Shown here piece by piece: positions 36,365 through 45,414 of a stretch of DNA of 64,000 nucleotides. A program made the position numbers and the translations under genes. Numbering within the stretch: the first letter of the stretch is position 1; every line of letters starts with the position of its first letter. The stretch comes from Methyloversatilis universalis (GTDB lineage Bacteria > Pseudomonadota > Gammaproteobacteria > Methylococcales > Methylococcaceae): the NCBI GenBank assembly GCA_020723665.1, contig DYIL01000002.1, forward strand, positions 40,188 to 104,187, read 5' to 3'. The notes below the pieces were generated by a model. The model did no database searches, was not told the origin of the DNA, and saw nothing but the letters and a program-made list of their open reading frames with translations.

Positions 36365-36703
36365 TTATTTTGCAACGATGCGCCCTTTGGCGGATTCCTC
36401 GTGAAACTCGCCGAAAAAATCATACGTTCCGGGATCGAGCGGACCGATCGACACGGTTGCCTGACTCTTGCCCGGGATGATCTTTTCCCTTTTCAAGGAA
36501 TGGCTTTCGAATTCCTCCGGCGTCGGGTCCTCGTTTTTCACGATCAGCTTGATCTTCTGGCCTGCGGGCAGCTCGAGCTCTGCCGGTTCAAAGCGATGCT
36601 CTCTGATGACCAGCGTATAAGTCTCAGCCGCCGAAACGGAGCCGCCGACCATCAAGAGCATGCTCAACGCGATAAGCCGGCCGGAGTAAGTCCTGTTCTG
36701 CAT
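36365..36703 (-). CDS. Periplasmic cupredoxin-like protein (FtrB/EfeO-N-like partner of FTR1)
   Basis: 112 aa with a signal peptide. Carries YTLVIREHRFEPAELELPAGQKIKLIVKNEDPTPEEFES. Located upstream of the FTR1 permease. Confidence 0.65.
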   Translation of the reverse strand: MQNRTYSGRLIALSMLLMVGGSVSAAETYTLVIREHRFEPAELELPAGQKIKLIVKNEDPTPEEFESHSLKREKIIPGKSQATVSIGPLDPGTYDFFGEFHEESAKGRIVAK

Positions 36704-36770
36704 GGTGTTCGATCCTCTCGAGTTCGAAGAGATTAAGTTAACCGAGCGACGTCTACGGTTTTTCCGGAAG

Positions 36771-36789
36771 CTAAATGATAATCCTTATC
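36771..36789. promoter_or_regulatory. Fur box upstream of the cupredoxin-FTR1 operon
   Basis: CTAAATGATAATCCTTATC matches consensus GATAATGATAATCATTATC at 15 of 19 positions (15 of 16 over the core). It lies 68 nt upstream of the ATG at 36703. Confidence 0.65.
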
Positions 36790-36847
36790 AATTATTTAGG
36801 CAAATCAGCACGGGCGACTTGGAGCCGATCTCGGTCTGCCGTTTGCC

Positions 36848-36890
36848 CCGAGCCCTTCGACTTAGCTCAGGACAGGCCTGTCGAAGGACC
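36848..36890. repeat. REP-like element, family 2, copy C
   Basis: CCTTCGACttagCTCAGGACAGGCCTGTCGAAGG, with a perfect 8-bp inverted repeat CCTTCGAC/GTCGAAGG. Intergenic. Confidence 0.55.
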
Positions 36891-37018
36891 GCCAGCGTTT
36901 CCGCTCGGCATAGCCAAAAATTTTCCTTGCCCGCATTAGGAGGCCGTGTTACTTAGGCAGTGACCGGATACGAGACCGAACGCCCATTCGGAAGTCCAGC
37001 AATTGTCGAAGTCACGCC

Positions 37019-38515
37019 ATGCCCCGCTATGTCGCCGTCATCGATCAAGGCACCAGCAGCACCCGATGTATGATTTTCGATCACGACGGGCAGGTCGTCT
37101 CGATGGCTCAAGTCGAGCACCGTCAGTTCTATCCGAGACCCGGCTGGGTAGAACACGACCCCTTGGAAATTTGGCGAAATGCCCAGGCGGTTGCCGTAGA
37201 AGCGTTGCGAAAAGCAGAAATCGAAGCCGATGAAATCGCGGCGCTCGGCATAGCCAACCAGCGCGAGACGCTCGTGGTCTGGGACAAGAACACCGGGGAT
37301 CCGGTTTATCCCGCGATCGTTTGGCAAGACACGCGCAGCGCGGACATTTGCGAACGGCTAGCCATCGAAAGCGGACCGGATAGATTGCGCGCGATAACCG
37401 GACTGCCGATCGCCACCTATTTTTCCGGGCCCAAACTTCAATGGCTGTTGAATCACCTAGACGGGGTCAGATTGCACGCTGAACGCGGCGAGCTGCTGTG
37501 CGGCACGATCGACAGCTGGCTGGTTTGGAACCTAACGGGCGGCAAGGACGGCGGCGTGCATGTCACCGACGTAACCAACGCGTCGCGCACGCTGTTGATG
37601 AATCTCGAAACCCTCGCCTGGGACGACGATCTGCTCGCCGCCATGAACATACCTGCGTCCGTCCTGCCGGCGATTCGTTCTTCCTCCGAAATTTACGGCA
37701 CAGCCAAAGGGATCTTCGCCAACGTCCCGGTCGCGGGCATTCTGGGCGATCAGCAGGCCGCTCTATTCGGCCAGACCTGTTTCTCCGCGGGGGATGCAAA
37801 AAACACCTATGGCACAGGATGCTTCATGCTTCTGAACACCGGCCCCAAACCGGTGCAATCCCGTCATGGACTCATCACCACGGTCGCGTATCAACTCGGC
37901 AGTGCTGCTCCGGTTTTCGCGCTCGAAGGTTCCATAGCTGTCGCCGGAGCCCTGGTTCAGTGGCTCAGAGATAATTTGGGACTCATTCGCACGGCCACCG
38001 AGGTTGAATACCTTGCCAATACCGTCGAGGACAACGGAGGCATGTATATCGTCCCGGCTTTCTCCGGTCTGTTTGCACCGTACTGGCGCGCCGACGCACG
38101 CGGCGTCGTGGTTGGATTGACCCGTTATATCAACAAAGGCCATTTCGCCCGCGCTGCCCTGGAAGCCACAGCCTATCAGACCCGCGACATCGTGGACGCG
38201 ATGCGCCGGGAAACCGGCCTGCAGTTGGATGCGCTCAAGGTCGATGGCGGTATGGTCGTCAACGAGACCCTCATGCAATTTCAGTCCGATATCCTCGGCA
38301 TCCCGATCATTCGCCCCGACGTGACGGAAACAACGGCACTCGGGGCGGCTTACGCGGCCGGTCTTGCTGTCGGCTTCTGGAGGGACATCGACGAGATCCG
38401 TAACCTGTGGCGAAAAGATAAAGAATGGCAGCCGAGAATGACGCCGGCAGCCCGGGAGCGACTCTATGCCGGCTGGAGCAAGGCCGTCACGCGCACCTTC
38501 GGCTGGATCGATTAA
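37019..38515 (+). CDS. glpK: Glycerol kinase
   Basis: 498 aa: [27 protein letters not shown]...[11 protein letters not shown]...TYGTGCF...DGGM. A canonical GlpK sequence. Confidence 0.95.
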   Translation: MPRYVAVIDQGTSSTRCMIFDHDGQVVSMAQVEHRQFYPRPGWVEHDPLEIWRNAQAVAVEALRKAEIEADEIAALGIANQRETLVVWDKNTGDPVYPAIVWQDTRSADICERLAIESGPDRLRAITGLPIATYFSGPKLQWLLNHLDGVRLHAERGELLCGTIDSWLVWNLTGGKDGGVHVTDVTNASRTLLMNLETLAWDDDLLAAMNIPASVLPAIRSSSEIYGTAKGIFANVPVAGILGDQQAALFGQTCFSAGDAKNTYGTGCFMLLNTGPKPVQSRHGLITTVAYQLGSAAPVFALEGSIAVAGALVQWLRDNLGLIRTATEVEYLANTVEDNGGMYIVPAFSGLFAPYWRADARGVVVGLTRYINKGHFARAALEATAYQTRDIVDAMRRETGLQLDALKVDGGMVVNETLMQFQSDILGIPIIRPDVTETTALGAAYAAGLAVGFWRDIDEIRNLWRKDKEWQPRMTPAARERLYAGWSKAVTRTFGWID

Positions 38516-38641
38516 GCGACGACGCCGTCCTCGTTGACTTCCACCGCTTTCCCGGACTCTTGCGGCACAACTCGTGTTCAGCCGCGATTCAGGAAACCGG
38601 ACGGATACTAATCGCACCTTCTCAGAAAAGGAGCGAATGCC

Positions 38642-38992
38642 GTGAAAATACCAAGAACGCAGTTAATGGTACTGAGTTTTACGATCGCACTTTCGGGCTG
38701 TGCCTCCAGCGGATATCACAGCCACGGTGATTACCCTTATCGCAACACCCTCACCGGCGCCGCAATCGGTGCTGCCGGCGGTGCATTGCTCGGACATGCG
38801 GCCGACGGCGGCGGACGCGGTGCGCTCGTGGGTGGTACGGTCGGAGCCGTGGTCGGCGGAGCCGCCGGCTATTACATGGATCAGAACAGAAAACGCGAGG
38901 CTTACGACAATCGCCAGCCGGCTTACAATGACCGGTACCATCCCGCCCCCTATCCTGAACAGCAGCCCCGCACCTATCCTTATCCGTATTGA
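38642..38992 (+). CDS. Glycine-zipper outer-membrane lipoprotein
   Basis: GTG start after AAGGAG. Lipobox IALSGC. Gly-zipper GAAIGAAGGALLGHAADGGGRGALVGGTVGAVVGGAAG. Pro/Tyr-rich tail. Confidence 0.7.
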   Translation: MKIPRTQLMVLSFTIALSGCASSGYHSHGDYPYRNTLTGAAIGAAGGALLGHAADGGGRGALVGGTVGAVVGGAAGYYMDQNRKREAYDNRQPAYNDRYHPAPYPEQQPRTYPYPY

Positions 38993-39071
38993 AAGCCCAG
39001 GGCGGTTCCACCGTCCCGGTTCCTGTGAATAACGCCAGGTCTACCGAGAACCGGTCGTTTTGGAGTCGCGG

Positions 39072-39117
39072 GCGGCCCGGCCGGTGACGGCCGGGGCCGC
39101 TCGCGCGGTTTAAACCG
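39072..39117. terminator. Two GC-rich hairpins between convergent genes (possible bidirectional terminator)
   Basis: GCGGCCCGGCCGgtgaCGGCCGGGGCCGC (one bulge) followed by the perfect palindrome GCGGTTTAAACCGC. No clear U run. Confidence 0.35.
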
Positions 39118-39144
39118 CTAGTTCGAATTCTTGCTTCTGATCGC

Positions 39145-39489
39145 TTACCTTTCCTGATAAATCACTTTCGGCTCGAAGTAGGCGGCCGGGTATCGAGGGT
39201 CCGGCTGCGGGCTCTCTTCCGAGGCCCGTACGATCACTTCCGGCTCGAAATAAGCGGCCGGATATTTCGAATCCCGCTGCGGACTTTCTGCCGCGGATGC
39301 CCCTTCGGGCGCCGCGACGATCACTTTTGGCTCGAAGTCATAGGCTGGATACCGTTCATCGTCCCCAGCCAGACATACCGACGATAGGACCAACACAAAT
39401 CCGCCGAATAAAACTGCATTTCTCACGATGCTCACCCCTGTGCCGTCAGGCTTGCCTCTCATCACAACAATGGATCGAGCGTAGCTCAT
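39145..39489 (-). CDS. Small secreted protein with three YPA(A)Y(F/D)FEP(K/E)VIV repeats (unknown function)
   Basis: Hydrophobic signal-like segment AVLFGGFVLVLSSVCLAG, then RYPAYDFEPKVIV, KYPAAYFEPEVIV and RYPAAYFEPKVIY about 27 aa apart. The DNA repeat is visible. The start may be internal. Confidence 0.55.
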   Translation of the reverse strand: MSYARSIVVMRGKPDGTGVSIVRNAVLFGGFVLVLSSVCLAGDDERYPAYDFEPKVIVAAPEGASAAESPQRDSKYPAAYFEPEVIVRASEESPQPDPRYPAAYFEPKVIYQER

Positions 39490-40083
39490 TAAAGTTTTCC
39501 AAACCCTTCGGTCCCACCGTCAACGATGCTGATACGCCGTCGGGAATCGGTCGGACCGAATCAATAGAATGCCTCAAAACGCCAAAAAATCCACATCTTG
39601 GTGCAAATCCCATTTTGATTCGCGTCTCTTGCGGAAATAAACGGCGTTTCCGTCCTCCACTGTGGCGGACTCCCGAATGGATTTTCCTTTTTTCCGGCAT
39701 GGCATGAGTCGTGCCTAATAAACAGCAAGCGTGATTTTCGATCGGCGACGTCTTCCGGCAAGCGGACCGACCTTGGCCTGTCGGAAGTTATCTTCGCCGC
39801 CGTTCTGTGAGGGGTTGCCTATGAAAACATCCGCGAGAGCGTAATTGGAACACTGTCTAACGGTTTTCCTGTTGTGGGGATGCGGCTGGAAACGGCGAAG
39901 GCCATCGGGCAGCGAAAATGCGCGAAACGAATGGCAGGACCCGATGACCGGGCTATGGTACGGCGAACGGAATGCCATGGTGCTTCTTAAAGCTTACGCG
40001 GTGGCGGAGTACGGAGGGACAAACGCGAGCACGCGCCGCTGCCGGACCTATTTCTGATTTCCCATTACCTCCTCCTCTTCAAG

Positions 40084-40111
40084 CTGCTTGCGAAGGCAGT
40101 TTTATTTTTTT
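40084..40111 (+). terminator. Intrinsic terminator preceded by a CU-rich motif (3' end of a candidate sRNA)
   Basis: CTGCTT[GCGA]AGGCAG (GNRA loop) followed by TTTTATTTTTTT. Preceded by ACCTCCTCCTCTTC (40067-40080). No convincing ORF upstream. Confidence 0.65.
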
Positions 40112-40169
40112 CCCGGACGAGCCGGCTTAGCGGCGCCCGAGCTTCGCCGTTAAGCCGAACTTCAGCCGT

Positions 40170-40808
40170 TCATGCCGTATCCGTACGGTTCAAGCAGCCC
40201 TGCAGGAATAATTTGACCGCTTGCCGGGTCCAACGCTCGACTTCGTCCTCGGTTGGCGCGCTTTCCAAGCCCAGCTGTTGCCGCTGAAAGCGCTCGCCGC
40301 GGAGTGCGTTGACAAACTGTCCGGCTAAAAATGCCGGATCCATGGCGACCACATGACCTGCTTGCTGATGCATGCCGAAAAACTTCGCGAGCCGATCCAG
40401 CGTCCGCTGCGGTCCCTGCTCATAAAATTCGGCCGCCAATTCCGGAAATTGGTGCGCCTCGGCGATCAGTTGCGCACGCAGGCGAATGATCTCCGGGCGG
40501 GAAATCCGAAACAGGAAATGCTTTCCGAACGCGACCAAGGTTTCTTCCAAGGGTTTGGCGAGGGCCTGGTCCAACGGCAGCGTAGCCACCAACAGATCGC
40601 TGTAGTGGCGGATGACGGCTCCGAACAGCCCCCCTTTACCGCCGAAATATCGGTAAATGGTGCGGAGAGACACGCGAGCTTCGCGAGCGATCGCTTCCAG
40701 GCTTACGTTGCCGTAGCCTCTTTCCACGAAAAGCCGAAGCGCATGATCGAGAAGTTGATCCCGACGGATCTCAATTTCGCCCTTCCTGGGGCGGCCTATT
40801 CGATTCAT
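40170..40808 (-). CDS. TetR/AcrR-family transcriptional repressor
   Basis: 212 aa. N-terminal HTH LFVERGYGNVSLEAIAREARVSLRTIYRYFGGK. Divergent from the RND efflux operon. Confidence 0.88.
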   Translation of the reverse strand: MNRIGRPRKGEIEIRRDQLLDHALRLFVERGYGNVSLEAIAREARVSLRTIYRYFGGKGGLFGAVIRHYSDLLVATLPLDQALAKPLEETLVAFGKHFLFRISRPEIIRLRAQLIAEAHQFPELAAEFYEQGPQRTLDRLAKFFGMHQQAGHVVAMDPAFLAGQFVNALRGERFQRQQLGLESAPTEDEVERWTRQAVKLFLQGCLNRTDTA

Positions 40809-40833
40809 TATCGTTACTATTTTTGGAGATAGA

Positions 40834-40862
40834 TTGACATAGCCGTCCAGTTTCGCAAGAAT
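40834..40862 (+). promoter_or_regulatory. Candidate sigma70 promoter of the efflux operon
   Basis: TTGACA (40834-39), 17-nt spacer, then AAGAAT (40857-62). Flanked by the inverted repeat TATCGTT (40809) / AACGATA (40868). Confidence 0.35.
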
Positions 40863-41006
40863 AATGAAACGATATCTTACCTTTTCTTTTCATGTCGTGT
40901 CGCCATCCCTGCCGTTCCCGCTTGATACGCCAAACTTATGCCAGCTTCGTTTGCAGCCGCTAAAGCCCACCGTTTGTTACATCAAACTTTCAGTCCTCGA
41001 TTTCTG

Positions 41007-42191
41007 ATGTTTTCCGACACTACGTTTCGCCGTATCACGCTATGGCTAGGTCTCTTAGCGGCACTGGCCGTCCTGCTCCTCGGCTGCAGCGAACCCTCGG
41101 ATGCCCCCGCGGCGGAGGCCAAAATGCCGCCGGTTAAAGTCAAGGTCGCCCAGCCACTGCAAAAGGAAGTCTTGGAGTGGGACGAATACACGGGGCGAAT
41201 CGAAGCGATGGAGACCGTGGAAGTACGTGCGAGAATCGACGGTTACCTGGACAAGGTCAACTTCAAGGCCGGCGACAAGGTAAAAAAGGGCGATTTATTG
41301 TTTGTCATCGATCCCCGCCCATACCGAGCCGAGTTGAATCGGGCGGAAGGGGAACTCGAACGCGCCCGGGCACGGCTCGAATTGGCGAAGAACGACTTGC
41401 AGCGAGCTGAGCATCTCAGGCGGGCCAAGGCCATCTCAGAAGAAGAATACGACGCCCGGAGCAAAGGCCAACGCGAGGCTGCGGCCGCCGTTCGCGCCGC
41501 AGACGCGGCAGCGCAGACGGCCAGGCTGAATCTGGAATTCACCGAGATACGAGCGCCTATCAGCGGCCGAATCGGACGCGAGTTCGTCACCCAGGGCAAT
41601 CTGGTAAGCGGCGGCGGTGGCGGGACTCTGCTGACGGTCGTCGTATCCGTCGATCCCGTTTACGTTTATGTCGACGCGGACGAACGCGCGGTTCTGAAAT
41701 ACAGGCGTTTGGCGGAAGCCGGGAAGCGGGTGAGCGCCCGCGAAACTCGAATTACCGCGAAATTGGCCCTTATCGACGAATCCGACTTTCCACATGAAGG
41801 TTATATCGATTACATCGACCCGCGGATGGATCCCAGCACGGGCACTTTGCGCGCCAGAGCGGTCTTCAGTAATCCAAAAGAATTTCTGAGCCCCGGATTC
41901 TTCGCCCGGCTTCGCGTGCCGGGAAGCGCGCCCTATCAAGGTCTTTTGATTCCGGACAGAGCCATCGGAACCGACCAGGGACAAAAGTTCGTCTGGGTCG
42001 CGAAAGACGACGGCTCGGTCGAATATCGTCGGATCGTACTCGGCGCCGCAACCGGCCGGATGCGAGTGGTCTCGGAAGGGCTGCAGCCCGGCGACTGGGT
42101 AATCATCGAAGGCATTCAAAAAATTCGTCCCGGGACCAAGATTGAAGCGGAGCAAATCACCCTCTCGGAAACCGACGGCACTTCATCGTAG
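41007..42191 (+). CDS. RND efflux membrane-fusion (periplasmic adaptor) lipoprotein
   Basis: Start at MFSDTTFRRITLWLGLLAALAVLLLGC (lipobox). HlyD/AcrA-like coiled coil and barrel motifs (GRIEAMETVEVRARIDGYL, FVIDPRPYRAEL). Confidence 0.88.
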   Translation: MFSDTTFRRITLWLGLLAALAVLLLGCSEPSDAPAAEAKMPPVKVKVAQPLQKEVLEWDEYTGRIEAMETVEVRARIDGYLDKVNFKAGDKVKKGDLLFVIDPRPYRAELNRAEGELERARARLELAKNDLQRAEHLRRAKAISEEEYDARSKGQREAAAAVRAADAAAQTARLNLEFTEIRAPISGRIGREFVTQGNLVSGGGGGTLLTVVVSVDPVYVYVDADERAVLKYRRLAEAGKRVSARETRITAKLALIDESDFPHEGYIDYIDPRMDPSTGTLRARAVFSNPKEFLSPGFFARLRVPGSAPYQGLLIPDRAIGTDQGQKFVWVAKDDGSVEYRRIVLGAATGRMRVVSEGLQPGDWVIIEGIQKIRPGTKIEAEQITLSETDGTSS

Positions 42192-42205
42192 ACACGCCTC
42201 CGAAC

Positions 42206-45200
42206 ATGACGAGATTCACTCATTTTTTTATCGACCGTCCTATCTTCGCGTCGGTACTTTCCATTCTCATCGTTCTGGTTGGCGGACTCGCGGCATTTTC
42301 CCTACCCATCGCACAATACCCCGAGATCGCGCCGCCCACCATTCAGGTCAGCGCAACCTATCCGGGCGCGAATGCCCAAGTGTTGGCCGAGACAGTGGCA
42401 ACACCTATCGAGCAGGAGATCAACGGCGTCGAAGACATGTTGTACATGTCATCCCAGTCCACCAACGATGGGGTCATGCGCCTAACCATCACGTTCAAGC
42501 CGGGAACCGATCTCGATAAGTCGCAAGTGCTGGTACAGAACCGGCTGGCTCTGGCCGAACCGAAACTGCCGGAAGAAGTGCGACGACAGGGCATCACCGT
42601 GCGCAAGCGCAGCCCCGACTTGAGCCTGGTGGTGAACTTGATCTCGCCCGACGGACGCTACGATTCCGTTTATCTCAGCAATTACGCTCTGCTGCAGATC
42701 CGGGATGTGCTCGCCCGGCTGCCGGGCGTCGGCGATATCGTCCTGTTCGGCGAACGAGAATACAGCATGAGGGTTTGGCTCGACCCGGAAAAAGTCGCGG
42801 CCCGTAACCTGACCGCCACCGATGTCGTTCAGGCAATCCGCGAACAAAACATCCAGGTCGCGGCCGGCGTGGTGGGGCAGCCGCCCACACCGGGCGGGAT
42901 CGATTTCCAGCTCACCGTGACCACCATGGGACGCTTGATGGACGAAGCGCAATTCGGTGACATCGTCATCAAGACCGGAAAGGACGGGCAGGTGACGCGA
43001 CTCAAGGACGTCGCGAGAATCGAACTCGGAGCCAAGGACTACAGCTCGTCGCTCAAACTCGACGGTACACCCACGGTCGGCATTGCCATCTTCCAGTTGC
43101 CGGGCTCCAACGCGATCGAGACCAAGGAGGCGGTGGTGGAAGCCATGGAAAAGCTCAAACTGCGCTTCCCCGAAGGGCTCGACTATCTCCTGGTCTATGA
43201 CACGGTGGTGTTCGTGACGCAGTCTATCGCCGCGGTCGTCCAGACACTCTTCGAGGCGATCCTGCTGGTCGTGGTCGTGGTATTGGTGTTCCTGCAGAAC
43301 TGGCGAGCCACGATCATCCCGTTGCTGGCGGTACCCGTATCCCTCGTCGGCACCTTCGCGGTCATGGCTGCCATGGGATTGTCGCTGAACACACTTTCCC
43401 TGTTCGGACTGGTCCTCGCCATCGGCATCGTCGTGGACGACGCCATCGTCGTGGTCGAAAACGTGGAACGAAACATGGCGCTCGGCCTCAAGGCCCGGGA
43501 AGCGACCCGCCGAGCCATGGAAGAAGTCGTCGGTCCGATTATCGCGACATCCCTGGTATTGGTCGCGGTTTTCGTGCCGACGGCCTTCATCACCGGCGTA
43601 TCCGGTGCGTTTTACAAGCAGTTTGCCCTGACCATCTCCGTATCCACGATTATTTCCACGTTCAATTCGCTCACGCTCAGTCCGGCGCTCTGCGCCGTCC
43701 TTCTGGACCGTGCGCACGGGGAGAAAGATTGGTTCACGCGTTTGACCGATCGCCTCTTCGGATGGTTTTTCCGCGGTTTCAATCGCTTCTTCAGCGCCTT
43801 CAGCGACGGCTACTCGCGGCTGGTAGGCCGGCTGATTCGCATCACGGGCGTGATCTTGGTGCTTTACGTAGGGCTCAACAGCCTCAATTTTCTCGCTTTC
43901 GCCAAAGTGCCGACCGGATTCATCCCGCAGCAGGATCAGGGCTATCTCATTCTCTACGCGCAGCTCCCGGACGCTGCTTCGCTGGAACGTACCGACGCGG
44001 TCATCGAGCGCGCCAGCAAAATCATCCTCGAGACCGAGGGCGTCGCTCACGTGAACGCCTATGCCGGATTCTCGCTTCTGGCCGGAGGCCGCCAGTCGAA
44101 CGCCGGCACCATGTTCGCCAGTCTCACGCCCTTCGAAGATCGCGCGGGGCATCCGGAACTCTCGGCGGACTCGATCATCGCGAAACTGCGTGAAAATCTC
44201 TCCGTGATCGAGGACGCGCAGATCGCCGTGTTTTCGCCGCCGCCGGTCCGCGGCCTCAGCTCGGTGGGCGGCTTCAAGCTACAGATCCAGGACCGCGCCA
44301 ACGTCGGCCCCGAGGAATTACAGCGTGTTACGAACGAGATCATCGCCAAAGGCAACGAGCAGCCCGGGCTGGTTGGTCTATTCACAACCTTCCGGGCCAG
44401 CGCGCCACAGATCTATGTCGACATCAACCGAACCCAGGCCAAGTCGTACGACGTGCCGCTGAGCAACGTCTTCCAAACGCTGCAGATTTATCTCGGTTCG
44501 CTGTACGTCAACGATTTCAATCGATTCGGCAGAATCTATCAGGTTACGGCACAGGCCGACTCGATGTTCAGGCTCAGACCCTCGGATATCGCCAATCTCA
44601 AGACTCGCAACCTGAACGGCGACATGGTCCCTCTCGGCACCTTGGTCGATGTTCGCGAGACCGTCGGCCCCGATAAAGTGACGCATTACAACCTGTATCC
44701 CTCGGCCGAGATCAACGGCAGCACCCTGGCCGGCGTCAGTTCGGGCCAGGCCATCGCCCTCATGGAACAGGTGGCGAACCGGGAGCTTCCGCTCACCATG
44801 GGCTATGAATGGACCGAACTCAGCCTGCAGGAGATCCTGTCCGGCAATACCGCCGTGATCATATTTCCCCTGAGCGTGATCTTCGTATTTCTCGCACTAG
44901 CCGCACAGTATGAGAGCTGGTCCTTGCCGTTCGCCGTCATTCTCATCGTTCCCACATGTCTCTTGAGCTCGATGGCGGGCGTTTGGCTTCGCGGCATGGA
45001 CAACAATATCTTCACCCAAGTCGGCTTTATCGTACTGGTCGGACTGGCCAGCAAGAATGCGATTCTGATCGTCGAGTTCGCCCGCAATCTTCAAGATGCC
45101 GGCAGAGATCGTTATCAAGCCGCCATCGAAGCGGCGCGGCTGCGCCTTCGACCGATTTTGATGACCTCCTTCGCGTTCATTCTCGGCGTTTTCCCGCTGG

Positions 45201-45403
45201 TCGTATCCACCGGTGCCGGCTCCGAAAACCGGCGAATACTGGGCACCGCCGTGTTCAGCGGCATGCTGGGCGTCACGTTCTTCGGCCTGCTGTTGACGCC
45301 GGTGTTTTATGTGGTCATACGGAAGTTGGTCGAACGCCGTCAGCGGTCGTCTTCCGAGCCGACCGACGCCGAGATTCACTCTACGCCGAATAACAATCCC
45401 TGA
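42206..45403 (+). CDS. RND multidrug efflux permease (HAE1, AcrB/MexB family)
   Basis: 1065 aa: MTRFTHFFIDRPIFASVLSILIVLVGG...AQYPEIAPPTIQVSATYPGA..., 12 TM topology with two large loops. Confidence 0.95.
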   Translation: MTRFTHFFIDRPIFASVLSILIVLVGGLAAFSLPIAQYPEIAPPTIQVSATYPGANAQVLAETVATPIEQEINGVEDMLYMSSQSTNDGVMRLTITFKPGTDLDKSQVLVQNRLALAEPKLPEEVRRQGITVRKRSPDLSLVVNLISPDGRYDSVYLSNYALLQIRDVLARLPGVGDIVLFGEREYSMRVWLDPEKVAARNLTATDVVQAIREQNIQVAAGVVGQPPTPGGIDFQLTVTTMGRLMDEAQFGDIVIKTGKDGQVTRLKDVARIELGAKDYSSSLKLDGTPTVGIAIFQLPGSNAIETKEAVVEAMEKLKLRFPEGLDYLLVYDTVVFVTQSIAAVVQTLFEAILLVVVVVLVFLQNWRATIIPLLAVPVSLVGTFAVMAAMGLSLNTLSLFGLVLAIGIVVDDAIVVVENVERNMALGLKAREATRRAMEEVVGPIIATSLVLVAVFVPTAFITGVSGAFYKQFALTISVSTIISTFNSLTLSPALCAVLLDRAHGEKDWFTRLTDRLFGWFFRGFNRFFSAFSDGYSRLVGRLIRITGVILVLYVGLNSLNFLAFAKVPTGFIPQQDQGYLILYAQLPDAASLERTDAVIERASKIILETEGVAHVNAYAGFSLLAGGRQSNAGTMFASLTPFEDRAGHPELSADSIIAKLRENLSVIEDAQIAVFSPPPVRGLSSVGGFKLQIQDRANVGPEELQRVTNEIIAKGNEQPGLVGLFTTFRASAPQIYVDINRTQAKSYDVPLSNVFQTLQIYLGSLYVNDFNRFGRIYQVTAQADSMFRLRPSDIANLKTRNLNGDMVPLGTLVDVRETVGPDKVTHYNLYPSAEINGSTLAGVSSGQAIALMEQVANRELPLTMGYEWTELSLQEILSGNTAVIIFPLSVIFVFLALAAQYESWSLPFAVILIVPTCLLSSMAGVWLRGMDNNIFTQVGFIVLVGLASKNAILIVEFARNLQDAGRDRYQAAIEAARLRLRPILMTSFAFILGVFPLVVSTGAGSENRRILGTAVFSGMLGVTFFGLLLTPVFYVVIRKLVERRQRSSSEPTDAEIHSTPNNNP

Positions 45404-45414
45404 TTCGCGAAGCT

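Noticed and set aside
39657-39687. Minus-strand stretch GGAAAATCCattcGGGAGTCCGCCACAGTGG, which resembles the cobalamin-riboswitch core (..AAAUCC..CCCGCCACUG..), upstream of the repeat-protein gene.
   Set aside because: I could not find a downstream B12 box (..GCCAGGAgACCUGCC-like) or the expected helices, and CACAG differs from the CACUG core. The evidence is too weak without a covariance-model scan.
39715-40057. ORFs 39715-39978 (minus, 87 aa) and 39845-40057 (plus, 70 aa).
   Set aside because: They mutually overlap and have no RBS, signal or domain features. Their composition is unlike neighbouring genes. Treated as non-coding pending expression data.
42482-44152. Minus-strand ORF of 556 aa.
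   Set aside because: Antisense to the AcrB-family RND permease. Its composition is dominated by Arg/Gly/Asp/His from GC-rich codon complements.
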